Shown here piece after piece: positions 38,526 through 51,230 of a DNA stretch of 64,000 bases. The stretch comes from Saccostrea cucullata (Eukaryota): NCBI RefSeq assembly GCF_032062105.1, contig NW_026926547.1, positions 186,001-250,000 of the forward strand. Direction: 5' to 3'. The translations under genes and the position numbers were made by a program. The first letter of the stretch is position 1. Each line of letters opens with the position of its first letter. Under the pieces are notes generated by a model. It saw only the letters and a list, made by a program, of their open reading frames with translations. It did no database searches and was not told the origin of the DNA.

Positions 38526-40154
38526 ATGGAAGGACTATTTTCCCATCAAACCAGGCGCTGTTTTCTGTGCAAAAAGGATGCAGAATACTACTGCAAAGAT
38601 TGTAGAAAGAACTTCTGTTTGCTCTGTAAAGAAAAACATTTGATAGATCTTGACTCTTACCTTCATAATGTAGTTACTATAGAAGTGAAATATGGAAATA
38701 CAACTTGTGAGGAAACCTGTGAAATACATCCAAGAAATGTTTATGAATACTGGTGTCGGACATGTAAATGTCCTTTGTGTAAACAATGCATTGGGCATAG
38801 AGGGCATGGAACGAACCCACTTAATAGAGCATATGAACGACATATTATCCTGAACCGAGAAAAAATTTCCAAAGTTCGAAGTGAAGTTCTACATCTTAAT
38901 ATAGCTTTGCTAGCACAAATAAAGAACATTGTACTACACCCAGGCATACATGTAGCAAAACATCAGCTGAAAACTGATCTGAAGATGATGGAAAGAGCCA
39001 AGTCTCTACAAACTGCCCTGGAGTTTGTACATGAACAGAGTTTGATATTTGGAATAAGGAATTATATTGTAAAAAGGCTAATTAAGTTGAGGAAACAAGT
39101 TATTGTCTTGGAAAAGTCAATTTATAAGTTTGATATATATGCTAATAAGCCTGTTCAATGTCTGTCGTTTTTGAAAACATCTCCACTTTTTCATTATTCT
39201 TTTTCTAGTTTTTCTCTGTATGCTTTAAACAGGCAAAATGTTATCAACATGTTTGGAGAAGTAGAAAATATGGAAAGTGGAAAACCAGAAATTGAAGTGG
39301 AGTTTCTTTTCGAAGCGTTGCCTGATGTGACATTGAAACAATCTGTAGAAGTGGGTGAAATACGAAAAAGTTCACATATTTCCTATGCCTCTTCAGACAG
39401 TTTCTGGATCAATAATCACAAAAAACTTCTGCATATTCACAAAAACGGAGAATCGTTATTTCGACAGAAAAGAGTTTTGACTAACGCTGCGTTTCCGTGT
39501 GTCCATTCGGTAACCACCACAGGGGATCTGATTTTCATAGACCTAAAACATAATATCTGCGAAATGGAAAAAGAGCAAACGATACCAAATGTGTTGATAA
39601 AGAAATCAAAGCCTTGGAAACCTTGTTGTGTCTTTTCCTCCTTGTTAAATGGAAATTTATTGATAGGAATGTGGAGAAAAGATACAGATACTTCAATAGT
39701 TTCCCGGTTTGACAAATCAGGAAACCATATTCAGAGTTTCCAGTACCACGAAAATGGTGAGTCGCTTTATAAAAAGGCATTGTACATAACAGAAAATCAG
39801 AACGGTGACGTCATTGTATCCGATGTTTGGTACGGTGTAGTGGTGGTGAATCGAGAGGGAGCACATCGTTTTTCGTACAGAGGTCACCCATCGGTACGAA
39901 AGTTATCACCAAATGGTATTTGTACGGACGCTTTAATGAATATTCTTGTTTGTGATTACAATACCAATAGCGTGCACATGATTGATATAGACGGACGTTT
40001 TCTGCGTTATCTGTTGACCAAGAAACACAACATAATGGAGCCACGAAGCATATGCTATGACCATGAAAATCATTTGGTTTGGGTTGGTTCAAATTTAAAA
40101 GGCAAAGGAAACAACCTTTTTTGTTATAGACACATTAATAGAAAATACCTGTAA
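38526..40154 (+). CDS. RING-less TRIM-like protein: two B-boxes + coiled coil + NHL-like beta-propeller, 542 aa
   Basis: B-box1 CFLC...CKDCRKNFCLLCKEKH...H, B-box2 CEIH...CRTCKCPLCKQC..HRGH, and propeller motifs YITENQNGDVIVSD, PNGICTDALMNILVCD, PRSICYD...WVG. Upstream acceptor TTACAG at ~38456. Confidence 0.92.
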   Translation: MEGLFSHQTRRCFLCKKDAEYYCKDCRKNFCLLCKEKHLIDLDSYLHNVVTIEVKYGNTTCEETCEIHPRNVYEYWCRTCKCPLCKQCIGHRGHGTNPLNRAYERHIILNREKISKVRSEVLHLNIALLAQIKNIVLHPGIHVAKHQLKTDLKMMERAKSLQTALEFVHEQSLIFGIRNYIVKRLIKLRKQVIVLEKSIYKFDIYANKPVQCLSFLKTSPLFHYSFSSFSLYALNRQNVINMFGEVENMESGKPEIEVEFLFEALPDVTLKQSVEVGEIRKSSHISYASSDSFWINNHKKLLHIHKNGESLFRQKRVLTNAAFPCVHSVTTTGDLIFIDLKHNICEMEKEQTIPNVLIKKSKPWKPCCVFSSLLNGNLLIGMWRKDTDTSIVSRFDKSGNHIQSFQYHENGESLYKKALYITENQNGDVIVSDVWYGVVVVNREGAHRFSYRGHPSVRKLSPNGICTDALMNILVCDYNTNSVHMIDIDGRFLRYLLTKKHNIMEPRSICYDHENHLVWVGSNLKGKGNNLFCYRHINRKYL

Positions 40155-41040
40155 AGTTTTGAAAATGTTCATAGTGATGAGAATAGGAAACACTATCAGT
40201 AGAATGTTTAAATCATGACCAATGACTTAATGAAAGATGATAAAGGTTTTGACTTTGAGCTCATCTTTCTGTCTGTCTTATTCACGAATTGGATCATTCT
40301 GTATTTTGTGAGAGTTATTTCCCTTTTTACGCGTTTCATAAATTCTGAGGTAGTCTTTTAAGTTTACCACCTGCCAATCTATTTTTACTGCAAAAGTTTG
40401 AATATAATGTTAATATTATCATTTACATTTTTTTCATTTTGATAGTCTAATGACGTACGTATGTTTTGTTGTGAAATCATATAAAATATTCAACCACCTA
40501 TACCTTGCAAAGTGTTTGTACGTTTAAATTAAAGCGAGGTCACATTATAAAAAGAATTGTCTTTTCATTACCAAACTCTATATATGAAAATTTTATGATG
40601 TTTAAAAAAAAAAAAATCAGGTATCTTTTTTTACTCAGTTTTCATAATAATCGTATACTCATGAATGCCTACATATTTTTAAAATAAAAAATGTTACACT
40701 TTAAAACCATGCATATGTGATTGTCAATGAAGTGATTTATCTGCTTTCTTTTAAATATCAAATAAACCATGTTGCTATTATAAGCGACTTAAAATAGTTT
40801 TGAAAGCGACTCTTCCATCAAAGTGAAATGTTGCTCAAGTTAACAATATTTACCATAGAGACACTTTTTAAAAGTAAATATTATCATCATGCCTCAGAAC
40901 AAAAACCTTAAAACGACAGGAAACATTTTATTACATTTTTGATACCACATATATGTATAATAACATGTTCTCCTGTTAACGTCTTAACAACTCTCCGATT
41001 GAACAATATCACAGAATCAGCTAGAATTTATAACAGTAAG

Positions 41041-41043
<3 letters not shown>

Positions 41044-41078
<35 letters not shown>
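41044..41078. repeat. (GA)n microsatellite
   Basis: Directly visible. Confidence 0.97.
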
Positions 41079-41082
<4 letters not shown>

Positions 41083-41865
41083 ACATTTTCGAATATTTGA
41101 AAGGTAAAGCATGGCATTTCAGAAACTGTTTTTCTTAGAATTAGTTCAAAACTATCAAATTATACTTAAAATCCTGAAATTTTCATAGAAATGCAAATTC
41201 AGTGGAATTTATTATTACATGAAATTACAGTTTCTTTTAATGATTTATAGTTTACGAGAAATAGTTAAATTTTGTTGGCATATTACTTTGACATTTATAA
41301 TAAATTAATCTAACAATATTCATATTCCTAAAAAAAATGAGTTGCATTGTTTCTGAAGCTGAGCATCACCTACATGTATTAACTATTCATAAAAGTAACC
41401 CAATTCCCTTGTATATGATTGGAATTTGTGGGTGGTTTGATATGAAGCAACTGTCCATAAGTATTGTCTTGCACATTTGTTGAAAAGAGAAGAATTTCCT
41501 TTACTCCTCTAAACAATATTAAAATGTACTCGTACCAACTGTCCGCATGTAAACTGAAAGGCCAATTGAAATTGGTAAATTTTGATTTAAAAAAAACATA
41601 TATGATTGAAGCATACAAAGTGTTTCAGTTTGAAAAGCACAAACATAAATAAAGTGAAGTTGGTACATGTACATGTATAATGTGTTGCAACCTATTGAAA
41701 TTACGCCAGCTATTGAAATAAATGCACTTCAATAGTGCTTGAGAATGAATTTCAATAGTTCTTGCAACAAGGCTTGTTTAAATAATGCTTAATGATTTGC
41801 AAATTAAATAAATGTTTCAATTTTCAGTGTAATATAGTCAATATTGTGTGCTAAATTCGCTATCA

Positions 41866-43448
41866 TCAATCAACATTTGCTAACGGAACAGCAGGCATTA
41901 TGTATTGAGAATGGCGAACACCTATATGATATCTAGGACTGGCGTCTAAATGAGCTGTCACGTGTTCTGGGCTATATTTTCCGGGCCCTGGAACGTTGTT
42001 TATGTCCCTTGGTGTTTTAGCCCTCGCACCCAGGCTATACGAAGGCGCTCTTCGTTTTGTCTGCGACGGGGGAAGGGCACCATATTTGGCGGGTCCGGGT
42101 GTTTTCGCGAGATCAGCTGAAAAATCCAAGTAGTTCGTCCTTCCTAGGAGGGCAGCTTGTGTTCCCCCTTTTCTGTCCGGGACCCTGGGGCCTATCGTTG
42201 AGGGTAGGGCGTACATGTTTGGGGATGGGGTGACGTCGACACGGCGGGGGGATGTTCGTGGGCTCATGGAGTACTGAGGGGCGTTTTTCTCCTTCAGGGG
42301 TGCTCTGTCTGTGTTGTATGCGCCAGGCCCCCATCTTCGCTAGCCAAGGGTTTCTGATACGCTACTCTCCTCGTAAACCCTTGGCATACGGTGAAGTCAA
42401 AAGATGGGATTGTTTTCCATCACGTGATCTTGAATCTATCAGGTACGCACAGATTGCGTCATCGCCAGAAATAAAGACTTGTGTTAAAAAAAATTAAATC
42501 AAAGTTTTTTCAAGAATAATTAAGAAGCAATAATTGAGTTATGTTTATTCATTATTTATAGAACAAATCTGAAGCTTCAATATAGATTCTTAATCACATA
42601 TTTAGAAGATGTTGGATGACACCATGGCTATTCATAGAATTGAATGTTATCTTACGGATCGTTGTTTACTTGCGTTTTTCATTTCCGAGATTAAAGAATG
42701 AAATGTATCCCGAACGCAAATATCGTCATTTACAAAAAACAATTGCTGATTGGTCGAACTGGGTGTACTGAAATCCAATCAGAACACTGGAAAAAAATCC
42801 TGATTTCTATGAACACCGTAGGCCAAGGGTTTGTGAGGAGAGTAGCGTATCAGAAACCCTTGGCTAGCGAAGATGCCAGGCCCCGGACTGATGTCTCTTT
42901 CTGGAAAAAAGGTACTAGTAAATAGTTTTTACCTTCGACTTGGTTTGAATAAAAAAAAATATATGTCTGGTTTTTCAAAGGAAATTATGATAAAATAAAA
43001 AATAAAAAAATATAAAAAAAAAAAAACAACTTAATTTTAAGAAAATATAATGTCTTCATAATCAAAAAAATGATAGAATTACTTGGTGTTTTTGCACGTC
43101 CCAGCATTGAAAAGGAGGGTCTCATGTCCCTCCCTTTAGACGTCAACGAACTGTCAATGTTATATGCAGGTCCAGGACCCTCTTTTTTGAATTCTAAAAT
43201 AAAAGTAAACAAATTATTTCATGCAAACAAAATTAATATTGAAAAAAAAAACACATGTTGATAAAATACAATTATGCAGTGTCAATAACATCAATCATAA
43301 ATTTATTTTTTCTTCGATAGAAATAATTTACTGTAACATATTTTTCTCAGGGACAATGTGAACAAGCATTATCTACTCGTATATGACAAAGAAGATAACT
43401 CAATTTGGTCTTCAATATGCATGAATATGCATGTAAAAGTTGAAAAAC

Positions 43449-43497
<49 letters not shown>

Positions 43498-46400
43498 CTT
43501 ACAAAGGAAGTTTAAGAAGTGCATGTATTAAGTAATTCATATTTCCTACAGAAAAAAATCTTTTGTCACGCATTACTTTCATTCTTTTTTTGGAATGCTC
43601 ATTCAATTTGTTTGGAAGGTCTAGCAGAAAATCTATATTTGCTAACGGTAAACAAAATAGAACACTTAAATTAACAAAGAAAAACAAATTCTAGCAACCA
43701 ACTGACACACAGTTTTCTAAACCGTCTACCAATTTTAATGCAATCCTCTTGTCTGCAAATTTATTCAATGACAAATGCATTTATCAAATAATACCATTTA
43801 AGTATCTTATTAAAAAGAAAGAAGGTTTATTTGCACACCAGGTAATACTGCATGCTTTAATTTAAGGATGAATTATTTAGTTTAATTTAACAATGCACTT
43901 GAGGCATCCTTGGCAGTGCAAAGATTTGTACCAATAATTGAAAGATAAATTTTGAACTGAGACCAGAAAAATGTTGATATGTAATCTTAAAATTGTAACC
44001 AAATTCCGTGCTAACCCATTTACAAGTAAAAACAGAAACGTTTATACAATCTTTTTTCTGTTTTATTAAGAAAAATCAATAGGAACAAAACCAAGAATTC
44101 GTGGATTATGTTGCAAATTGAAATTTTTTAATTCAAAGAATACAACGTACATTTTTGAAAATAGTTTAGAATTCGTTACAACTTTTATTGTAATGAAAAC
44201 AACTTGTATGATATTACAAGATAAATATTACATAAAACGTACTACATGTATTATGTAGAAAGTATTTTTAACAATACTTTAGTTGGCATGTGTTAAAAAA
44301 GAATGCATTTGAAAAAATTATCATATGGGGATATTGCATTGTGCTTTGTCTTTTTATCAAAGAAGAAGACATAATTGTAAGTATAATATACCTTTATGTA
44401 AAGAAATGTGTGTTTATTTTCAGAAAAAGAAGAGAAACAATGGAAACATTCATACATGTATTTATAACAGTGGTAAACAGCAAATGAAACCCATGTATAA
44501 AGATACGTATTTTATAATTCAGAGAATATACAATTGTATATACAACATATAAATCAAAGATCTAATATACTAGAAAATACAAATCGAACACCATCACCAC
44601 GTCATCTAGCTGACTACGTCATACCTTTCTTGGCTATATGCGCGGTAAATTTAAACAAATTTGATTAAAAGCATAAAACATATATCCAAAAGGTTATTAT
44701 TTCTTTCAAAATTCAAATTGACATCTTGCAAATAAAAACACTGATATTGGTATTTAAAATTAACAAATGATTGCCTCTCTTTCTGCAAGCATAAAGCTAG
44801 TTCTAAATGCACTATGCTTGAGAATGCATAAATATATAGATTATGGGTGGATTTAACGCTTAAAAAGTTTAATTGTATGGTAAACTTTAAAAAAAATTCT
44901 TATTGTTCAAATGAAATTGAAAGCAATATACGATAAGCATGCAAATAGTAATAATTCATCAACATGCAATAAAGCCATTATCTGTTGATTTCTTTTACTC
45001 TAACATGCAATTGATTGTTTAAGGATGATTGAGTGTAAGTATAAATTTCATGCATTTGTGTAAATAAAATATATATCTATATGTATTTCTAATTTCAAAA
45101 CTCATGATTTTTTAAAAAAAATGGGAATGTTGACTAAATTTTCAGCTTACCCCAGTGTCTTGACCCAAATGAGAAAGAGGGCGTGGACCTTTTTGTTTTG
45201 TCATTTGAATTTTGCCCTACTGTTGTCGGAAGCTGGTACTGGGCGGGGCCAGGACCTGTCAATCAAAAAATATATCAATAAATTCATTAGAACACTTTAA
45301 TAATATAATTCTTGTAACAAATCGTATCCCATTACGTGCACGTTCTGTTTTCAAAACTCAAAATTAGATTACTAAATATAAATGAATATGAATGAGTTTT
45401 AATTCGTTGTTTTTTTTCGTGTAACCTTTTCTAATACCTCTATGGTAAATGCAAAAAAGTTCGTAACAAAATTATTTGAGGCTCCTTTGACATCATAATG
45501 GTTCAGATTTTAGATTCATTCATACTCAAAGTCACTTAATATTAATATAAGCGAAGAATACTTAAAATTAAGAATGTACCTTTAAAAAATTAACAATGTG
45601 ATCATTAAAGAGAGGTCAGGTGTACTTGTTAACAAGGGCAATTAATACTCAGATTAATCAATATATCCTTGATATCAAAACCCTTTGTTGTCAAATGGGA
45701 CGACCATTGATCGGACACGGCACCTTACAAATTAAAAAAGAATTCAAGATTATTGATAAAAAAAAATTCGAAGTGTATCACAGTTATTCAGCAAATATTG
45801 GTAAAATACTTTAAACATATGTAAAAAGAAATACCGCCGGTATATTTCATTGATTTTTTTTAACTTCATAAAGTTGTAGCCAAGAGATGTGTCGATTCTT
45901 CAAACACATAAATCTCAACTACTATGGAAGGCATTGTATATATGCGAAACGTTACTGTAGGAAGTTTGATATTTAAAAATTCCAGTATCATTCCTTCAAT
46001 GTATTTGATTAAATTTTGAAAATATTAACTGATTAAAAAAATCATTATTCTTCCATGGCTAAAGACTCCCCGACTGAGCTTCATTTAGTTTTTACAATGT
46101 TTTAAGTCTTGATGAAAGAAGTTAACTTTTAGAACATGACATACTTATGATAATATTCGCACGAACGAGAAAGAGAGAGAGAGAGAGGAGGGGGTACATG
46201 CACCCATGCATCGAGGAGACCCATGCTACCTGTTCAAATAGATGTGCAGAACTTAATTAGGAAATTAATTAACAAGTGCAATCGCGAAAAGTGCAAATGT
46301 GTCCTATCGCTATTGAAGCAATTATAAATAAAAACTGCATGAACTTTTATATTATCTTTAAACAGTTATCAATTGCTAGTACTTCTACACATATTACAGA

Positions 46401-49400
46401 GATACTTTTAATTACAAAACTGCATAATTTTGAAAGTGAAATTCAATGTTCATAGTTTAAAATTTCTAAAGCGACCGAAAAGATTCCAAACCTAAACTTT
46501 TTTCTTGGTGATATATATAAGGCTACGATAGTAAGTTTAAGAAAAGTACAGATGAATGCTAATTGTAAAACAACACCTCCAAACCAAACCTAAGTACTGT
46601 ATTCATAGGGAAAAAATAACCTTGATCATTTCAGTCAATATTGATCCGAATTTTTGAAAAAAAAAAAGATGTGTATGAAAGAAGTCGCCTTCTTACACCC
46701 AGTTTAACTATATGTATATATTTACCATTAAAAATCGTCAATTAAAGCCTTGAAGTTCTTTTTGAAAGATTTAAAGCATGAAAGACCAAAACTCTAAGAA
46801 AGATTTCGACGTCTTGTGCTGTATGCCGATATTGTGAATCGCATCTCAATTTCACCTTTTTGTAGATTTATTGTACTTCAGACGTAAAATTACGTTTTGT
46901 ACTTTCTTTTTGACTATATTTTAGGGTGAATACATAACTGTAAATTGATTTCTTTCTGATTAAAAAATTATTTTCAATATTTAAAAAAAACATTACCTTG
47001 TCTTTAATTAAATTGTTCTGGACCTTTCAATATTTCAGTGCCCACTTGATATTAAAAACGTTTAAAAATTAACGCTGTGCATACATTGTATTGCTATCGT
47101 AGCGTTATAAAGTATATATAGGGAATAAAAACATAAAATAAATGCGGCAATGATATCCCTACTTCACCAAAACTTTACTTCATATTGATCATCACTATGG
47201 TTTAATAATTGATATCAATTACGAACCAAGGACATAAACCAAATCAATTTTTATTGGCCTTGAACGAAGTCAGGCTTTTAATCATATAAAGGTCTTTTTA
47301 ATCTGAATGTTACGACCAAGTAAGCCTCCCAACACGGAGTATTATGTAACAGGTAAAGGCCCCCTGTAATTATTCGATATTTACTTTCACTATCAAACAG
47401 TCTGGAGATTTTCGATTGGATCTATTTAACCCCTGAATTTAAAGTTTATCTTTGATTAATGTTCTGTAAACGAAGAACGAGAAGTATATTGTAATACGTT
47501 TTACGATATGTATGAAGAGCACTTACTCAAACAAATATCCGATTGTTCTTAAACGAAAGTACTATGATCTTAACTGTTGAGAGAGTTTTGTATGACACTG
47601 CCGTCAGATTTTATGTAGAATGCAACTTTTAACGCTTTACACGGCAATTTATCCTGAGATATGAGATTTGTTCTTAAAAATATATACGCTTTAAGATTTA
47701 GATATTTACCAAGAATAATAAAAATTCAGATTTATCAGGAACATGATTTCAGCAAAAAGGTCTTTGAGGAAAAAGTCTTATTTATAACAATAATCTTTTT
47801 GACAAACATTAAAAGTTTATTGAACGTGCAATGTCGGCAATTGAAGGCTCAGGGAGAATACAAAAAAAGTTTGAAAGGCTTTTTGGCAGTTTGAAAGGCT
47901 GTTGGGCAAACACATTCTATGATTTAGAACGCACTATTACCTCTTGTAGACGATTGTTAGTGCTATACATGTATTTTGAGGAAGGACGGAGATAAAGAAC
48001 AAGAGGCCCATGGGCCTTATTGGTCACCTGAGCATTATGCAACAACTTTCCAGTGATTGAATTTGATTCATGTTTTAAGCCAGATGCTATGGCATTCACA
48101 ATTTTGAAAGAGGCACCATTGATCATCATAACAATACACTTAGCAGTTGCTTAGATTGTTTACTCAATACCCATAGGTAGGGTGGGGAACAAAAAACGCA
48201 TTTCAACTAATCAGTAATATTCAGGAATAATCAGTAGATTACAACACATGAACCCCTGACCCTTAGGCCTAGATCCACACATTGCACAAATTTTGTAAAG
48301 GCGCCCTTGCTTTTCAAAAATATTTGATTAATACCAAGGAGCAGATTTCAAACAATTCATTCATTTTCAGTATATAAGTACACCCCCCCCCCTCTATGGT
48401 ACCCCTGACCCTGGGGCCTTGAAATTCACAATTCTGCAAGATTAGGGCCCTTGCTCATCAAAACAAAATAAGTAGTTCATCTGCCTAATACCCAGGTGCA
48501 GAGAAGAAATTTTTCAAAGATTTAATGTATTTTCACTATATGATCAATAGAGCTCACCCTAACACCAGAACCCCTGTCCTTAGGGCTATAAAATTCACAA
48601 TTCTGGAAGAGGCATTCTTGCTCATCATAACTATTACTTAGCTCATTTATTTAATTCCTAGGAGCAGAGAATAAAATGTCAAAGAATTCATGAATTTTCA
48701 CTATATAATTAATAGAGCCCCGCCCTAACACCAGAACCCCTGACCCTGGGGCCATAAAATTCACAATTTTGGTAGAGGCATTCTTGCTCATTATATCCAT
48801 GCACTTAGTTAGTTTATTTAATTCCCAGCAGCAGAGAAGAAGGTTTTCAAAGAATTCCAAGTATTTTCACTATTTAATCAATAGAGCCCCGCCCTAACAC
48901 CAGAACCCCTGACCCTGGGGCCATAAAATTCACAATTTTGGAAGAGGCACTCTTGTTCATCATAACAATGTGCTTAGTTAGTTTAACTAATACTCAGAAG
49001 CAGAGAAGAAGATTTTCAAAGAATAAATGCATTTTCACTGTATAATTAATAGAGCCCTGCCCTAACACCACAACCCCTGACCCTGGGGCCATAAAATTTA
49101 CAATTTTGGAAAAGGCACTCTTGCTCATCATAACTATGTGCTTAGTTAGTTTATTTAATACCCAGAAGCAGAGAAGAAGATTTTCAAAGAATTAATGCAT
49201 TTTCACTTTATAATCAATAGAGCCCCGCCCTAACACCAGAACCCCTGACACTGGGGCCATAAAATTCACAATTTTGAAAAAGGCGCTATTGTTCATCATA
49301 ACTATGTGCCTAGTTAGTTTATTTAATTCTCAGAAGCAGAGAAGAAGATTTTCAAAGAATAAATGCATTTTCACTACATAATCAATAGAGCCCCGCCCTA

Positions 49401-49505
49401 ACACCAGAACCCCTGACCCTGGGGCCATAAAATTCACAAATCTGAAAGAGGCACTCCTGTTCATCATAATTATGTACTTACTTAGTTTATTTAATACCCA
49501 GGAGC

Positions 49506-49539
<34 letters not shown>

Positions 49540-50826
49540 CACCATATAATCTATATATCCCCGCCATAGCACTAGAACCCCTGACCCTGGGGCCACGAAT
49601 TTTATAATTTTGGTAGAGGACTCAATGCTCATTACATTCATGTCAGCAGTTTGCCTGCTTGATGTCCAGGAGTAAAGAAGAAGATTTTTAAAAATCGCAA
49701 TAATTTTAGTGGTTTTGGCCCCACCCCTCAGGCCCCAGGGGGGCAGGGACCATGAAATTCACAATTTTTGTTCCCCTTCACCCATAGATGCTGTATACCA
49801 AATTTGGTTGAAATTGGTTCAGTGGTTTCAGAGAAGAAGCTGAAAATGTTCAAATGTTAACACACGACGCACGACACAACACACGACGACGGACGAAAAC
49901 GGATAGCAATAGGTCACCTGAGTTACTCAGGTGACATAAAAATAGCAACCACATCAAGGTATACAACATGTGCCTCTTACAGTAAAAATTTAAAAGAGGA
50001 ATTGGGGTTGTGGCCATTTTTCGACTATATTGATCTTCTTTAGAAAAAGACCTCCATGTGGAGATTTACAAAAACTATCAAATTTTAAAATTAAAAATCT
50101 ATGAAATTTTTGATAATTGACAGCATAAGAAACCATCTATGAAAAGTGAAGTTATATCTGATGGTTAATTTGTTGACACGCCAGCCCCCTTAAGCATAGT
50201 CTTTATACATGCACGTGGCTTTTGGGGATGAAAATGCGCACATTTGACCCCTCCTACTTATTATTTAATTTAAGGATAAAAAAATTTGTCATGGTCACAC
50301 CTTTGCATGGGACATGTACATCTGCTGGAACACCTTTCCATCTAATCTTATTCCTACAGACAAGTAAATATCTGCTCTTTTGTTTTTCATTTGATGATAT
50401 ATCAAAAGTAACTAAAAAGGTTTAAATGTCCACATGCCCATTTTCTCCATCCGTGTAATGGTATGTATGAAGTAAAACATTCGTCTGTTCATTAGCATTT
50501 TATTTGTGATAAATGCGCCAGGGACTTTAAAAACTTTGCTCATATCTTGAAACAACTGTTCGAGATAAAAGCTCAATTTCCTTTTCATGTAGAATTGGTC
50601 AGAAATGATGCCCAAGTGATAAAGATTCGGAGTATCATTTCCCCATGCATGTTCAATGCACCAGGTAGAGAATAAGGCCCGAGATTTTCTTTTTTCTGAC
50701 TTTTATAAATTTGACGTCAAAGGAGTTGATCAATATTTACAAATTAATACACAAATGTATTACTACAGATACTTTACCTTTTAGAGGTTTGGCCACAAGG
50801 GGCTCCATTTTAAAGTATCTCGGCAT
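41866..50826 (-). CDS. ODF3: ODF3/SHIPPO-1 (CIMAP1)-like PGP-repeat sperm-tail/ciliary protein, ~248 aa; last exon interrupted by a transposon in this haplotype
   Basis: Exons 50826-50778 (MPRYFKMEPLVAKPLK), 45255-45151 (GPGPAQYQLPTTVG...PSFSFGSRH), 43193-43083 (GPGPAYNID...PSFSMLGR), and 42900-41866 minus the insertion (SPGPGAY...TPSPNMYALP...TPGPAKY...VPGPGKYSPE...GVRHSQY). All introns are phase 1 GT-AG, totalling 747 nt after removing the element and one TSD copy. Confidence 0.9.
42332..42875. mobile_element. 544-bp MITE with ~62-bp TIRs and 9-bp TSD (Mutator-like by TSD length)
   Basis: TIR CATCTTCGCTAGCCAAGGGTTTCTGATACGCTACTCTCCTC... (first 41 bp perfect). TSD CCAGGCCCC at 42323-42331 and 42876-42884. 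Confidence 0.95.
43451..43495. repeat. (GA)n microsatellite
   Basis: Directly visible. Confidence 0.97.
47998..49941. mobile_element. HINE/Helentron-type non-autonomous element with an internal ~168-bp tandem array, in ODF3 intron 1
   Basis: Left end AACAAGAGGCCCATGGGCCT + subTIR GGTCACCTGAG. Right end is a (GAC/ACAC)-like microsatellite, then the hairpin GTCACCTGAG-TTA-CTCAGGTGAC. Units recur at ~48546, 48711, 48880, 49048, 49216, 49384 and 49552, with decayed flanking units. Confidence 0.92.
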
Positions 50827-51029
50827 TTTGCACTATCAAAGTTCACTACTTTTTCTTGAAATACTCTATGTTCGAAGAATGTAAGTCATTGTAACCTACT
50901 TCACTGTAGCTTCAAAATCCAGAGGACGATGGAAAAAAAAAACTTAAACAAAATGGCAATTATAACTCCCTTGAAAGTTAATATTTTTTCCACAACATTC
51001 TCAGCACATCTAGATCATCATGCTGAAAT

Positions 51030-51230
51030 ACGTAGCAACCGACATACTTTTGTCCTAAAAAGAAAGTCTACACTACGTAAACATACTTATGATTAAACAA
51101 TACGTTTCGTCAATACGAGTTGACCAAAAATTCGATTGCACCAAGACCTTAATTGTTGAAGAATACTTATTGAAACGAGGCTAACATTACAAGGGGAGAC
51201 CCTACTGCGATAGCAATGGCTGGAAACAGC
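51030..51230 (-). promoter_or_regulatory. Candidate RFX half-sites and forkhead motifs upstream of ODF3-like
   Basis: GTAGCAAC at 51032-51039, GTAAACA at 51077-51083, TAAACAA at 51094-51100, and ATAGCAAT/TGGAAAC at 51210-51227. These are short motifs that may occur by chance. Confidence 0.35.

Noticed and set aside
42332-42875. Introner-like self-splicing-compatible transposon
   Set aside because: No GT donor at the proximal end, and no phase-compatible acceptor at the distal end after the in-frame TAG.
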